Assembly (NCBI RefSeq): GCF_009914755.1
Contig: NC_060946.1
DNA from: the human T2T-CHM13v2.0 reference genome, Homo sapiens
Direction: 5' to 3' (one strand)
Length of the DNA stretch: 64,000 nucleotides
Part shown: positions 14,706 through 28,000 of the stretch, one piece after another
Layout of the letters: every line of letters starts with the position of its first letter
Numbering within the stretch: the stretch's first letter is position 1
The notes under the pieces: model-generated
Seen by the model: the letters and a program-made list of their open reading frames with translations, nothing else
Database searches by the model: none
What the model was told of the DNA's origin: nothing
Position numbers and translations under genes: made by a program

Positions 14706-15329
14706 TTTTTTTAACTTTAAGTTCTGGGATACATGTGCAGAATGTGCAGGTTTGTTACATAGGTACACATGTGCCATAGTGGTTTGCTGCACCTATCAAC
14801 CCGTCACCTAGGTTTTAAGTCCTGCATGCATTAGGCATTTGTCCTAATGCTCACCCTCCCCTTGCCCCCCACCCCCCGACAGGCCCGGGTGTGTGATGTT
14901 CCCCTCCCTGTGTCCATGTGTTCCCATTGTTCAACTCCCACTAATGAATGAGAACATGAGGTGTTTGGTTTTCTCTTCCTGTGTTAGTTTGCTGAGAATG
15001 ATGGCTTCCAGCTTCATCCATGTCCCTACAAAGGACATGAACTCATCCTCTTTTATGGCTGCATAGTATTCCATGGTGTATATGTGCCACATTTTCTTTA
15101 TCCAGTCTATCATTGATGGGCATGTGGGTTGGTTCAAAGTCTTTGCTATTATGAATAGTGCTGCAATAAACATACATGTGCATGTGTCTTTATAATAGAA
15201 TGATTTATAATCCTTTGGGTGTATACTCAATAGTGGGATTGCTGGGTCAAATGGTATTTCTGGTTCTAGATCATTGAGGAATCACCACACTGTCTTCCAC
15301 AATGGTTGAACTAATTTACATTCCCACCA
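14706..15329 (-). mobile_element. L1PA (about PA8-10) 3' fragment
   Basis: L1 3' UTR reverse complement plus ORF2 C-terminus (ORF 14931-15230 ...[20 protein letters not shown]). Confidence 0.93.
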
Positions 15330-15344
15330 TTAATTAATAGATAT

Positions 15345-15590
15345 ATTTATATCTATTGTGTGCTCATCATGTGTCCCAGATTCCTGTAAGCATTTTAAGT
15401 GAATTAAGTCATTTAATATCCTCACAACATCCTTCTAAGGAAGGTACTTTCACTAGCCTAGGATTACATATAAGGGAACTGAGGCACAGAGAAGCTAAGA
15501 AGCTGTGAAAAGCCACACAGTAAGTGGCTGGGCCAGAACATGGACCCAGGCAGTCTGATTCCCAAGCTTGACCTCTAAACCCCTACAGCA
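15345..15590 (-). mobile_element. MIR SINE
   Basis: catttaatatcctcacaacatcc...gaactgaggcacagagaag...acccaggcagtctgatt. Confidence 0.7.
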
Positions 15591-16259
15591 TGCAAACACT
15601 GTGGGAAGATCCATTTATTGAAGACTCACTCTGTGCTAGGCCCCATTTCCAGGTACTTTCATGCATTCAACAGACATTCAGCAAATGCCTACTATGTGCC
15701 AGGAACTGCTCTAAGCTCTGGCCAGGCTGGGAGGTGAGTGAAGCACTCACCTTGGGAACTGAATCTAAGGTGGGAGTAGGGAGCCAAAAAATTCACTAAT
15801 CAAGGGAAACAATATTTTAGTGTAATATTTTTTAAAAAATATCAAATTAACAAGCTATGGCCCATGGGCTGGCTCACCTGTTTCTGTAAATAGTTTTATT
15901 AGAGGGAAATAAAAAACAATAAAGAACAAAATACTAAAAACCTTGCTCTAATGGAGCTTACGTAAATGACCTCATCCAATTCTTACCATACATGGCCCCA
16001 AAAGGCTGCTATTGATATCATTACAGGGTAACATACACCACTCTGTCTATGGGTAACTAACGATTATAGAGGCTGACAATTATGGAGTGCCAGACACTAT
16101 TTTTAAGTGCCTTATAGTATTATTTTATTCCTTGCAACCTCCCTATAAGGGAAGATCATTATCATCCACATTTTACAAATGGTGAAACTAATGCACACAG
16201 AAGTTTTATAATTTGTCCAATGTCAATGCAGCCAGTAAGGGCTGGAGCTGGGATTTTAA

Positions 16260-16591
<332 letters not shown>

Positions 16592-16758
16592 TTTTTTTTT
16601 TTTTTTTTTTTAAGAGATGAGGTCTCTCTGTATCACCCAGGCTGGGGTTCGGTGGTATGGTCATAGCTCACTGCAACCTTTTAACTCCTGGGCTCAAGTG
16701 ATCCTCCCACCTCAGCCTCCCAAGTAGCTGGAACTACAGATACACTCCACATCTGACC
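16592..16758 (-). mobile_element. FRAM/AluJ right-arm monomer
   Basis: gtcatagctcactgcaacc...ctcctgggctcaagtgatcctccc; TSD aggccataccttt (16281 and 16761) encloses both Alus. Confidence 0.85.
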
Positions 16759-16778
16759 CAAGGCCATACCTTTAACCA

Positions 16779-16948
16779 CAGATTGGCAAATTATAGCCCA
16801 GAGGTCCTATCTGGCTTATCACCTGTTTTTGTAAATAAAGTTTTATTAGGACACAGCTATACTTAATCATATGTGTACTGTGTGTGTCATGCCATAATGA
16901 TAGAGTTAAGTAGCGGTGACAGGCCACGTGGGCTGCAAAGCTGAAAAC
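16779..16948. mobile_element. MER58A-like hAT fragment
   Basis: ggcaaattatagccc...cctgtttttgtaaataaagttttattaggacacagc...gctgcaaagctgaaaa. Confidence 0.75.
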
Positions 16949-18835
16949 AGATTAGGACCCTGACCTCTAGGGTCAAGGGCTAAGCAGTTTAAGCTGGTTA
17001 ATACTATGGATTTAGATGGAGACCATTGAGACACTCTAACTAACTTGGGATAAGCAGAACACTAGGTAAACAGAGAATTAAGACATCCTAAAAAACCCTA
17101 AACCTATCAATTAATTTAGGCTGTTAGGGCAGATTATCATAGCAATGAGACCCCAAGAGAAAGACTGGACATTCCCAAGTAAGGACCATCTAATTCTTTC
17201 TTTAGGCTTGATAGGCCTCACCACAATATGATACACTGAGGTTCGCTCATTCATTCATTCATTCAGTCAACATTTACGAAGCCCCTTCCCTGGACTAGGC
17301 GGCATGCTAAACCCTGGGAAAGAAGGACGCATGGGCACCCATGAGGGAGGTACACAGCAAGATACAGTTGACAAGTCATGGTCTTTAGAGATACACCTGG
17401 GTTCATACTCCACCTCTGTTCTCTTCTGGCTGTGGACATAACTCCACTCTCTGAGCTTTGGTGTTGAACATTGGATATAACCCAGTGGTTAAAGGCAGGT
17501 TAAATCCCGGTTCCTTCACAACCATTAGCTGTGTGACCCTGAGCAAGTGACTTTGCCTCTCTGAACCTCAGCTTCCTAATCTGTGCACTAGTTTACTTCA
17601 GGGACAGGATCTAGGCAAAGCTGCCCAGCACACCGTAGGCCTCAGTGGATGGCTGCAATTCTTTATTACGATGATGGAGACAGTTTAGGAGAGCTGTCTG
17701 CGGAAAGACCCCAAATCTATTAGGCATGTTTTATCTTTGCTCTCCCAGGGTCTTGAATAAACAACGTCTTCATCCAGTTTTTAAAAGACACTCTAATTCT
17801 GTCTCAGAATATACTGCCACCCCCGCCCCCCCACCCCTTACCTCACCCCCAGCTGAAATTTGGCCGGCTCAGTGCCTGGCTGCTGGCCTGAATTTCCAAA
17901 CACTGTTGGTTTAGCATTTCTCAAATGTATCCCATTAACACTATGAACCTGTCAGCCTTCTCTCCTCTTTGAGCTCAAGTCCGACCATCACGGCGAGAGA
18001 CAGAGCCAGTAGCATGAGCCCAGCCTCCTAGACTCGCCTTTGTGAAGCAGTGCAGTTCCCGGGTCGGTCGGCCTGGGACTGGGGGCACCTGTCAGCATTT
18101 GCATGAAGAGTGTACCCTAGTCAGACGCACATACAAGCGGTGTGCTCGGAGACTGCGAGAAGGCGCGTTGGAATGAGGGGCTCTGGGAAATGCAAGCAAA
18201 ATACATTCTCTGGGTTGGCACTGGAGGGGAAAAAACAAGACCTTGAAGGAGGCTTAGCAAAAAGCCACTGCTCTGGGAAATCAGGAAATAGCTCTGCCCT
18301 GGCACAGTCTCCAACTCACTCTGTGTGTCACTGAGCACGCTACTTGCCCTCTCTGTGGCACGTTTATTTTAAAATGAATGGGTTAGGCTAGCCCACGTGT
18401 TTTTAAACTCTTGTCTGGCAGTGGAACTCTTTTCTGGAAACATTTTTACTTGGAATTTTAAGATATAAACAGATGAAAGTGTTTATAACTAATTCTCTGG
18501 GTTAAAGAGATGGGGGTGGGGAGAGGAGAGCTGGAATTCTGATCACTCAGCACCCCGTACCCCCAAAAAGCTCAAAGAAACTAGGAGGCGCCTCTGTGGA
18601 ACAGGGTTCGAGAACCACATGACATGATGGATGATCTGTAGAATTCCCCCCTGCCCTGGCAGCCTTGGATCCTGGTAGCCTGCTGATAACAGCAATGGCT
18701 ATTATTTATTGAGTACGTTCTTTGTGCAAGGGACTGGACTTTACTTCTGTGTCTTTTACTTCAAGAGTTAGTAGACAGCTCTGATTCAGACCCCAGCTTC
18801 ACCAACTGAGCAGCTGTCTGACCTTGGACGAGTTA

Positions 18836-18914
18836 TTCGGTTGGTGCAAACGTAATTGCGCTTTTGCCATTGAAAGTAATGGCAAAAATCACAATTATGT
18901 TTGCACCAACTGAA
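18836..18914. mobile_element. MADE1 mariner MITE, inserted in a MIR
   Basis: 79-bp palindrome ttcggttggtgcaaacgtaattgcg...caattatgtttgcaccaactgaa with TA TSDs at 18834-35 and 18915-16. Confidence 0.95.
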
Positions 18915-19059
18915 TAGCTAACCTCTCAGTGCCTCAGATTCTTCATCTGGAAAATAGGTCGTTCAGAGGATTCAAGGAATTAATCTCTCTAAATGTGCTT
19001 AGAACAGTGGCAGGTACATAGTAAACAATTGATGCTAGCCATTTTTATCATGGCTGCCT

Positions 19060-19230
19060 AGATTTTATCTAACCTTTATAAGCACCATTCTATTTCACAG
19101 GTGAGGAAGCTGAGGCTCAGAGGTGAAGTGAGTGACCTTAGATCACACAGCTAGTAAGTGATGGAGGGAGAACCTGAATCCAGGTCAGCTTAACTGCATG
19201 GCTTGTGGTCTTAACACCCTGCCTAAACTG
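19060..19230 (-). mobile_element. MIR SINE
   Basis: tttcacaggtgaggaagctgaggctcagagg...gatcacacagctagtaagtg. Confidence 0.8.
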
Positions 19231-20094
19231 CTTTGCTCTTGACCCAAGAAGTCACACACAGACATAGGGTCATAGCAATTTGCACAAGGAGTTCCAAGTC
19301 TAGATAGAAGAGTTGCTAATGATGACTATAGTGATTTATGCTTATAGGAGCTCTGGTGTCAGCAGTCTGGGGTCTGGGCATCTTTGCAAATTCAGATCCC
19401 ACACAGAAAGGAGGTATTTGGTTAACAGAGCCCAGGGATATCCAATGTTCTTTCCTGCAAGCCACGTTCTCCAGCCTTTCCTACTGACCTATAAGACATC
19501 TGTGCAAATTAGAAAAAGGGCAGGGGCAGCCCCAAGCTAGAGCACAGGTAAGCAGACATCAGGCTGATTTTCAATCCCCACTTGGAGGACACCGTATGCC
19601 TTTGCGTGGTGCACAAGCTGTGCAACCTTATCCAGCCATCTTGACTCTTCTCCTGCCTCAGTGTTTGGTGGAGAGAGAATAAACATGGCCAGATGGGAGA
19701 CAAAGAATGGTCTCAACCTTGCCCTGATGCCTGTGGGGGCCTGGGATGGGAGGGGGGCAGCAGGAGCATGGAGGCAGCGCAGGCAGGAAGCAAATGCAAG
19801 CCACACAGTCACTTTATCTCTTTATGTTTCTTTCTCTCAGCTCCGAGGGTGGTAATAAAAGATGGCTGCACGGCTCTCCCCGGGAAACTGAACGGGAGCC
19901 AAACCATCATGTGGTGAACAAATGCTGTGATCGCTCAACTGCAGAGCTGCTGCTGCACCGTATTAAAAAGGTGACAGCCTCTCCTCTGACCCTTGAACCA
20001 TGGAAATGGGCAGCCACCAGCCCACCCACTCAGAAAGCCCCAATGCTCTGTCACCAGCAGAGGCCCAACACCCACTCCGACGTCAGAAAAAGAA

Positions 20095-20350
20095 GGTGGC
20101 ATGGTGTAGTTGTCAGAACATGGACTTTAAATTCAGACAGAGCTGGACTCAAATATCAACTCCACCCTCATAAGCTGTCGAACTTTGGGCAAGACACTGA
20201 ACCTCTCTGAGCCTTGATCTCACATTTATAAGATGTAGCTTATCGTACGCATCAAGAAGGGAGAATGTAAGAATTTAGAAATAATACATGCAAAGTGCCC
20301 AGCACAGTTCCCCGACACAAAGCAAGTGCTTAATACATGGGAGCTATACA
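20095..20350 (+). mobile_element. MIR SINE
   Basis: ctttgggcaagacactgaacctctctgagcct...aaagtgcccagcacagt. Confidence 0.75.
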
Positions 20351-20635
20351 TATAGTTCCTCCACTGACTCAGTAAAGACTGATAGTTGCCCGCAGAGCTT
20401 TGGGCACGATGGAGGTCAATATGAGAGGGCATCAGTGGTTTCTCTGAGGAGTGACATTTGAGCTGAGGAAAGGATGAGCAGAAGGTTTTTTTGGTGAAAT
20501 AAGAAGGGAAGAGCTTCTCAGGCAGAGGAAACAGAATACGTGGGGCCTGGGATAGGAAAGAAGAGATGAAGATTGAAGAGCTGAGAAAAATGTGGCTGAA
20601 ACTGAGACAATTAAAGTTTTAAAGCACTCACTCTT

Positions 20636-20931
20636 GGCTGGGCACGGTGGCTCACACCTGTAATCCCAGCACTTTGAGAGGTCGAGGTGGGAGGGTAAGT
20701 TGAAGCCAGGAGTTTGAGACAAGCCTGCGCAACATAGTGAGACCCCCCCATCTCTACTAAAAATAATAATAAATTAGCCAGGGGTGGTGGCATGCACCTG
20801 TAGGCCTAGCTACTCGGGAGGCTGAGGCATGAGGATCACTTTAGCTCAGGAGATTGAGGCTGCAGTGAGCTATGATTGTACCACTACATTCTAGACTGGG
20901 CAAAACAGCAAGACCTTTTCTCTAAAAAAAA
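20636..20931 (+). mobile_element. AluJ
   Basis: caacatagtgagacccc, gaggctgcagtgagctatgattg; TSD aaaag(ca/tc)..cactct. Confidence 0.93.
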
Positions 20932-20947
20932 AAAGTCTCACTCTAAC

Positions 20948-21365
20948 AAGGCTACATACTGAATAATTCCAACAACATGACATCTAGCAAAGGCAAAACT
21001 AGACGAAGTTTGTGAAAAGATCAGTGGTTGCCAAGGTTTGGGTGGAAGGAGTGATAAACAGGTGGAATGCGGGATGTTTAGGGGAGAGAAAATATTCTAT
21101 ACGATACCGCAATGGTAGATACATGTCACACATTTGCCAAAGCCCATAGACTAAATAACACTAAGAATGAGCCCCAGTGTCAACTAGGGACTTTGGACGA
21201 CGATGGTGTGTAGATGAGGTTCGATTATAAAAACTATACCCCTCTGGTACAGGATAGTGAGGGAGGGAAGCTTTGCACGTGTAGGGGCAGAGGCCTATGC
21301 AAACTGTACTTTCTGTACAATTTTGCCATGAACTGAAAACTGCTCTAAGATGTAAACTCTATTAA
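20948..21365 (+). mobile_element. L1MC-like 3' end
   Basis: aaggctacatactg...aaaggcaaaact...agatcagtggttgcc...ctgtactttctgtacaattttgccatgaactgaaaactgctcta. Confidence 0.8.
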
Positions 21366-21659
21366 TTTTTTTTTTTTTTTGAGATGGAGTCTCGCTCTGT
21401 CGCCCAGGCTGGACTGCAGTGGCACAATCTCAGCTCACTGCAAGCTCCAGCTCCCAGGTTCACACCATTCATTCCCACTCCTCCAGAGTAGCTGGGACTA
21501 CAGGCACCCACCACCATACCCAGCTAATTTTTTGTATTTTTAGTAGAGATGGGGTTTCACCATGTTAGCTAGGATGGTCTCGATCTCCTGACCTCGTGAT
21601 CCGCCCACCTCGGCCTCCCAAAGTGCTGGGATTACAGGCATGAGCCACCCCGCACAGCC
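21366..21659 (-). mobile_element. AluY
   Basis: gcaagctcc, ttcacaccattc, gttagctaggatggtctcgatctcctgacctcgtgat; TSD-like tctatta. Confidence 0.93.
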
Positions 21660-22587
21660 AAGTCTATTATTTTTTTTTTTTTAAAGAAAAAAACAGAAAA
21701 ACTCTCTGGCTCCTGTGTAGAGAAGAGATTGGGGGCAGGCAGAGGAGAATGTGGGCCAGTTAGGTTTTTCTATTTTCTTGCTGGGCTCTTAGGGGCAAGT
21801 TATAGAAGCTCTGAGAGCTTCAGTTTCTTCATCTGTGATATGGGGACAAGAATATAAAGTGACACAGTGTGTGGGGAAATGCCTCACAGAAAGCCTGGCA
21901 CAGGGCAGGCGTTCAATTCATGCTGCCGGAGTGGGGAAGAATGACAATGCGAAGAGCCGCAAAAGGTGTCAGGACACAAGAGCTCTTTGTGCAGGCACAG
22001 TGGGCATCCTGTGGTGCCGTTTTGTGGCAGGTCTCACTGTTTATTGGCAGGAACAAATAAAAATAGCAAAAGTCTCACTCTTTAACGGGAGAGGCAAAAC
22101 AAGCGTATGTTCCAAGCATAAAGTTGTGTTTTGTGCTTTGATGAAAATCGACAATAATCGTAGCTAAGATTTATTGGGTGCTGACTATATGGCATTGTTG
22201 CAAGGCATGTTTGTAAGCGTTTAATGTGAATTAGCTCATTTCACTCTCCCAACCATAACTTAGGTTAGTTTCTATTATTATCTCCATTTTGTGTTTGGGG
22301 AAACTGGGGCACAGCAAGATTCGTTAACTTGTCCAATGTAAGTGACAGCGCTGGCTTAAGAGAGAATCAAAAGATACAAACCTGAGCTAACAGAGGAAAT
22401 GGGATGAGCATGCTTAGAACAGTTTTGAAATAGACAAAAAAGACGAGTCATAGTCATACTCAATCATGTAGAAAGCAGCATGGTGTAGAAGTTAAGAGCA
22501 TGGATTTAGAATAAGCCAGCCTGGATTTAAATTCTGGCTTCTCCACTTTTGGGGTAACCTCAGGCAAGTTATTTGGCTACTCTGTGA

Positions 22588-22942
<355 letters not shown>

Positions 22943-23269
22943 CATGTGGAGTTGTTTTGAGGATTAAGTTGGAAAATGCATGGAAGCTCACTAGCTTATC
23001 ACATTATATGGCAAATAGTAAGAACTTGATACATGTTTGAAAACAAAGGAAGGCTATAGAGATTTCTAAAAGAGTAAATTTGGAGCTTCAAGCAAGGAGT
23101 GGGGCTCAAACTAAGGCTCAACAGTTCTCATATAACCAGGTGCTGCAGCTGGTGGCTGCAAATATGAAAGCAACTTGACCTCTGCCTTCAGGGACCGGAC
23201 AGTCTGGTGGGGAAGGCAGGCTCAAGTGCAAGTTATTTTTTTAAAAGCAGGCTATAAGAATTATTCATT

Positions 23270-23483
23270 CAATGAGAACACATGGACACAGGGAGAGGAA
23301 CATCACACGCTGAGGCCTGCTGCAGGGTGGAGGTCTGGGAGAAGGATAGCATTAGGAGAAATACCTAATGTAGATGATGGGTTGATGGGTGCAGCAAACC
23401 ACCATGGCACATGTATACCTATGTAACAGACCTGCACCTTCTGTACATGTACCCCAGAACTTAAAGTATAATAATAATAAAAA
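23270..23483 (+). mobile_element. Short 5'-truncated L1PA (about PA7) 3' end
   Basis: L1 3' UTR gcattaggagaaatacctaatgtagatg...aacttaaagtataataata; TSD aagaattattcattc. Confidence 0.93.
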
Positions 23484-23489
23484 AAGAAT

Positions 23490-24075
23490 TATTCATTCAA
23501 CCAAAATAGTGCCATTCATTCTAAGTACTAGGGATGGAGTGAATTATTTACAAAACAGATAAAATTCCTGCCCTCAAGGGGCTTATATTCTGGTGCCAGA
23601 GGTTGGGTAAGGAACATATAAGCAAGCATAGCAGTAGCAATGAGGGCTGTTAAAAAATAAAGCAGGATGAGGGTATAGAGATCCACCTGTGTTATTCTGG
23701 GTAGGATGGTCAGAGAAGGAAGTGGTAATATTTGAGCAAGGCCGAAATGTAGTGAAGGGGAGAGCCATGTTAATATCTAGGGGAAAAGCTTTCCAGTTGA
23801 GGGAATAGCAAGTGCAAAGGCCCTGAGGAGAGAATATGCTTGACCTACACAGAACAGCAAAGGATGGAAGTACCATTGTGGGTAAGGGGCAGGAGGGTGG
23901 AGAGGCAGCAGCAGAAGCCTAGATCATATGAGGTTTTGCAAACCATAGTCAGGATTGTGAATTTCATTCTAACAGGGATGGGAAGCCCTTGTAGAGTTTT
24001 AAACATGCATTTGGCATCTGATTTAGTTTCAGAAGAATCACTCTGGCTGCTGTGTAGAGAACAGATTGAAGGGGG
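23490..24075 (-). mobile_element. L2 LINE fragment
   Basis: gtcagagaaggaagtggtaatatttgagc...gcaagtgcaaaggccctgagg...tcactctggctgctgtgtagagaacagatt. Confidence 0.8.
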
Positions 24076-24078
24076 AAA

Positions 24079-24560
24079 TGGTGGATTAGCATGTCTTCAA
24101 ATTCTCTGGCCCTCCTTCCACTGAGAGGTGGGGTGTCCTTAAACCTAGGTTTCCCCTGTGCCTGTCTTTGACCACTAGAATGAGGGAGAAGTTGTGCTGT
24201 GTAACTTCTGATGCTAGTCCTTAAGATACCTGCAGCTTCTGCCCCTCTTGTAATGTGCCCTCTTGAAAACCAGCTACCACATGAGAAATCTGACTATGCT
24301 GAGACCACATGGCTGTGAGGAAGCTCAATAGCCACGTGAAGGAGCACCAAGGCAACAGACTGAATGTGAAGTTTACTTGGACCTTCCAGCCCAGCCAAGC
24401 CACAAGCTGAATGCAGTCAAGTGAGTCATCCCAGGCAACACTGCATGGAGCAGAAGAACCACCCAGCTAAGCCCTGCCCAAATTCCTGGCCCACAGATTG
24501 AAAGCAAATAAAATGGTTGTGGGTTTACAACACAAAGATTTGGGGTAGTTTGTTCCACAA
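24079..24560 (+). mobile_element. MLT1G/H-like MaLR LTR
   Basis: tggtggatta...caaattc start; cccagctaagccctgcccaaattcctggcccacaga...ttggggtagtttgtt. Confidence 0.8.
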
Positions 24561-24807
24561 AAAAACTTTATACAAATCTCCACTTTATAAATGAGGATAC
24601 AGATCCAGAAAGGAAATAATTACTGTCGGTAAGTGGTTGAGCTAGACTTTGAACTTATAACTTCTCTAGGCAAGTTCAATTTTTTTTCTTGGTTTATGAC
24701 TGTTGCTAAAATTTCCACATTTATTTTAAAACCACATAGAACAAAATAAAATCATACAACATGTTATTCTGTGTTTTAGTTGCCTGCATGCTGCTATTTT
24801 TCCCAGG

Positions 24808-25010
24808 CTAGCTGTGCAATGGCTTTTAAAGTGGGGTCTGTAGACCCCTGGTGCTAGAGTCACTTAGGCGAAGCTTGAAAACATGCAAACTCCTGGGTCT
24901 CACCCAGGAATCTGACTTTCTGGTACCAGGGCACAAGCATTTGCATTTTAATAAGTAGGGTAGAGGTTTCCTAAATTATTCACATCACGAAAGGTTTGAA
25001 TGTCAATAAA
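24808..25010. mobile_element. MER5-like hAT fragment
   Basis: aaagtggggtctgtagaccc...atgcaaactcctgggtctcacccag...ttgcattttaataag. Confidence 0.6.
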
Positions 25011-28000
25011 CTAGTGGATCAACAAGCCCTCAGGATGCAGATGGACATTTTAAATGAAGATAGAGAGTTTGCAAACAGTAAATGCAAACTGTAAATGGAG
25101 CACTCCATCCCTGTTGTGGGGCTCTCCTCACTACACTGTGTTGCCTGGGTGAGGAGGGGGCCCTAAGATGGTCTCCCCCCAACTCTTCTCCCCATGAGGC
25201 TCATCTCAGGGAGCAGGGAAGGGTGTACAAGACTAGTTGTGGGGTATGAGATGAAGCAGGGGTAGAGGGAACATTCAGAGAGCATTCACTATATTTCAGG
25301 CACTAACAATTGAAAGACTTCCTCATTTAGTCCTCAAAAAGAGGCATTATTTCCATTTTACAGTTAAGGAACCTGGGAGTCAGAGGTAAGATTACTTGTA
25401 CAAAGCCATACAAACAGCAAACGGGAAGTCAAGATTTGAACCCAGGACTGCCAGACACCAATGCTAGTGTTTTTTTCCAATATTAAGCTGTGTCAACCAG
25501 GTGGAAGGATCGTGTGATATGAAATCATATCAGAACTGGAGACCTACTCCTCCACCTGTCAGCTATGTGGCCTCGGAAAAACGTCATTTCACTTCTTTCA
25601 AAGGGAGGATGAAATGTCCTACCACTGAGAAGTACTGGGTACCCAACAGCCTTTTAGTAAAAGGTGATTGCTTCTGAATGAGAAGACGCCAGGATGCCAA
25701 GGCCAAAAGTCTGAAGTGGCCACCGGGCAATTTCTCCCACAGTGGCATATGTCAGGGCAGGACAGGTTCTTGGGGGGTGGTGGAGTGGGACCCAGAGCTG
25801 GAGTCATTCCGGGTGTGGCTCCAGCACATGGGAAAGTGCACAGGGTCAGCGGGGCGCAGCCAGCGGCCTCACAGTCTTTCCCATCCCCAGTTTCTGTGCT
25901 TCTGGGAATCAGGAGCCACACTGTTTTTCTCTGTCGGACCCGAGCTCTCTCTCCCAGGGGAGTTGGCAGATCTGCCGCTGGCCTGTTGGCTGGAGGTGCA
26001 CAGCAGCGGAGCCTGGCATCGCTTTACAGGCTCACACTGCCTCTTTCTTGTGCTGCTCTCTTCCCGTTCCCACGCCCCACCTCTGCAAGTCCCCAGGGAT
26101 CCTGCTTTCTCCGGCAGTGGCAAGGGCAGAGGCCCTGGGTGAAGAGATTAGATGGGGGCTTCCCCCTCCAAGGCTGCTCTGCTGGGCCCCTGGACGACCC
26201 TAAGTGCCTGACCTTGCAGACCACATCCCCGCCTGGGGACACAAGGCTGTGGGTGGTGGGCTGTCAGGAAGTCTGTGCCTGGTGCAAGCCAAGGCCTGAC
26301 TCCCCTCAGCCGTGAGCTTTTCACTTTGCAGAGTTGTAGGATTCTTATTCATGCAAAGAGTCGGCTGGTCATGAATGCCTTCAGCAAAGATTTAGGCATT
26401 GTGCCAGGTGCTGGGGCCACAATTCGGAAAAACAGCTTAACTTGATCCTCAAGGAAGGTTCAGTCCAGGGGGAGACGGGGGAAGTAAATAATAATTACCC
26501 TCCTGAATCAGTTATAGTACAGGAAGAGCAGTAAGACCAGAACACATAGCTGTTGGTGAAGGGCTGGTGCATTCCTTCATTCAATGAACAAATAGTTATT
26601 GAGAACCTGATATGTGATATGGGAATATAGTGGGAACAAAGCAATCTTTCTGGCTATCTAGACCTTCTGTTCTAGAAAAGAAACAACAAAATAAATTATA
26701 CAATAGCATATCTTATATCTCTATATTATTTAATATTATATGTCTCTGTATTAGCGATCTAGCTAGAATCGCTTCAGGCAGTGATAAATGTTTGAAGGAA
26801 AAAAATGCATAGTTGGGCCTAGAGAGTGCGGACAGCACGGTCTGGCAGGGTCTCCCTGAGGAGGCGACATGAGATCAGAAACTCAGTAGGAGGTGCATGG
26901 GTAAGAGTGGTCACATCTGCAGAAATGTTTCAGGAAGAAGGAGAACTAGCAAGCGCCGAGCTAGTAACACAGACACCATGGACATGCTTTACACATACCA
27001 CATCTATGAAGTGAGGACTCTGTCCCCACTTCAGGTGGGGAGGCCAAGAGCTAGAAATAGGGAGTGACTGATCGAAGGCCTTGCAGCTTGGAGAAGGCAG
27101 AGCCGGGATCCAGCCCAGGCGGTCTGCTCTGCCTACACAGGTGGCCTCTGTGCCATGAAGCCAGGCCGCCTACCTGGGCTAGTCCTAGATGCTTTGTGAG
27201 CTCGGAGGTGGGCACCAAATTCAACTTCAGGGAGGGAGAGAAGCGGGCACAGAAGCACAATCTTGATGGATGAGAGCAAGGTACATGCCAAGCCAAGGAA
27301 GTCTCTGCCTTTCTCCTTCCCCTCATTTGGCCCCCAAGCTGCCACTTACCTGTGTGCATGTCCACCCAAAGTTGAGAGAGAGGGAAGCTCCACCCTCCAT
27401 ACACACGGGGCTCGCTCTGCTCACTCTGTTTTCCTCTCCACTCAAGTCACCTCCTCAGGAGGCCTTCCCTGCTTCCCACACCTCAAATACCAACTTCTCT
27501 GTTGCTTTTGCTTCACCTGTTTCTCATGACCTGCCCTTAGCCCACATATCTGCTTACTTATTGATTGTTTTCTGCAACTCTAGTATCAGCTCCACAGGAG
27601 CTACTGTCTATTTCATTCACCACTGTACCCTCTGTGTCTGGCACATAATGAATGAAAGGAAGGAAAGGAGGAAGCAGCTTAATGCATACAGAGACATTTA
27701 GAAGAGGTGAAGGGAACACTTTTCCAAACACACACACAGGTACCTGGGAGTGAGTGCAGGAACTGTGTTCTATGTAATGTTTGCTGGAGCCTGGCACTCG
27801 AAATTTGCCTCTAATAAATTCTGTTGAATGAATGGATATCTGGAATTTGAAATTAAAAGTTCAGGAAGCCCAGAAGAATCTGGGCAATTATGTATGAAAT
27901 AAGGAGTAAAGAAATGTTATTATAAAAATTAAGTTTCTTGATGGGATGTTAGAGAAGTCCCAGGATAGAGATTCAGGAGTCAAGGGCTCATTGTGGCTCA

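Noticed and set aside
25668-26315. 215-aa ORF as a protein-coding gene
   Set aside because: Non-ATG start, no recognisable domain, and overlapping ORFs in several frames typical of GC-rich DNA.
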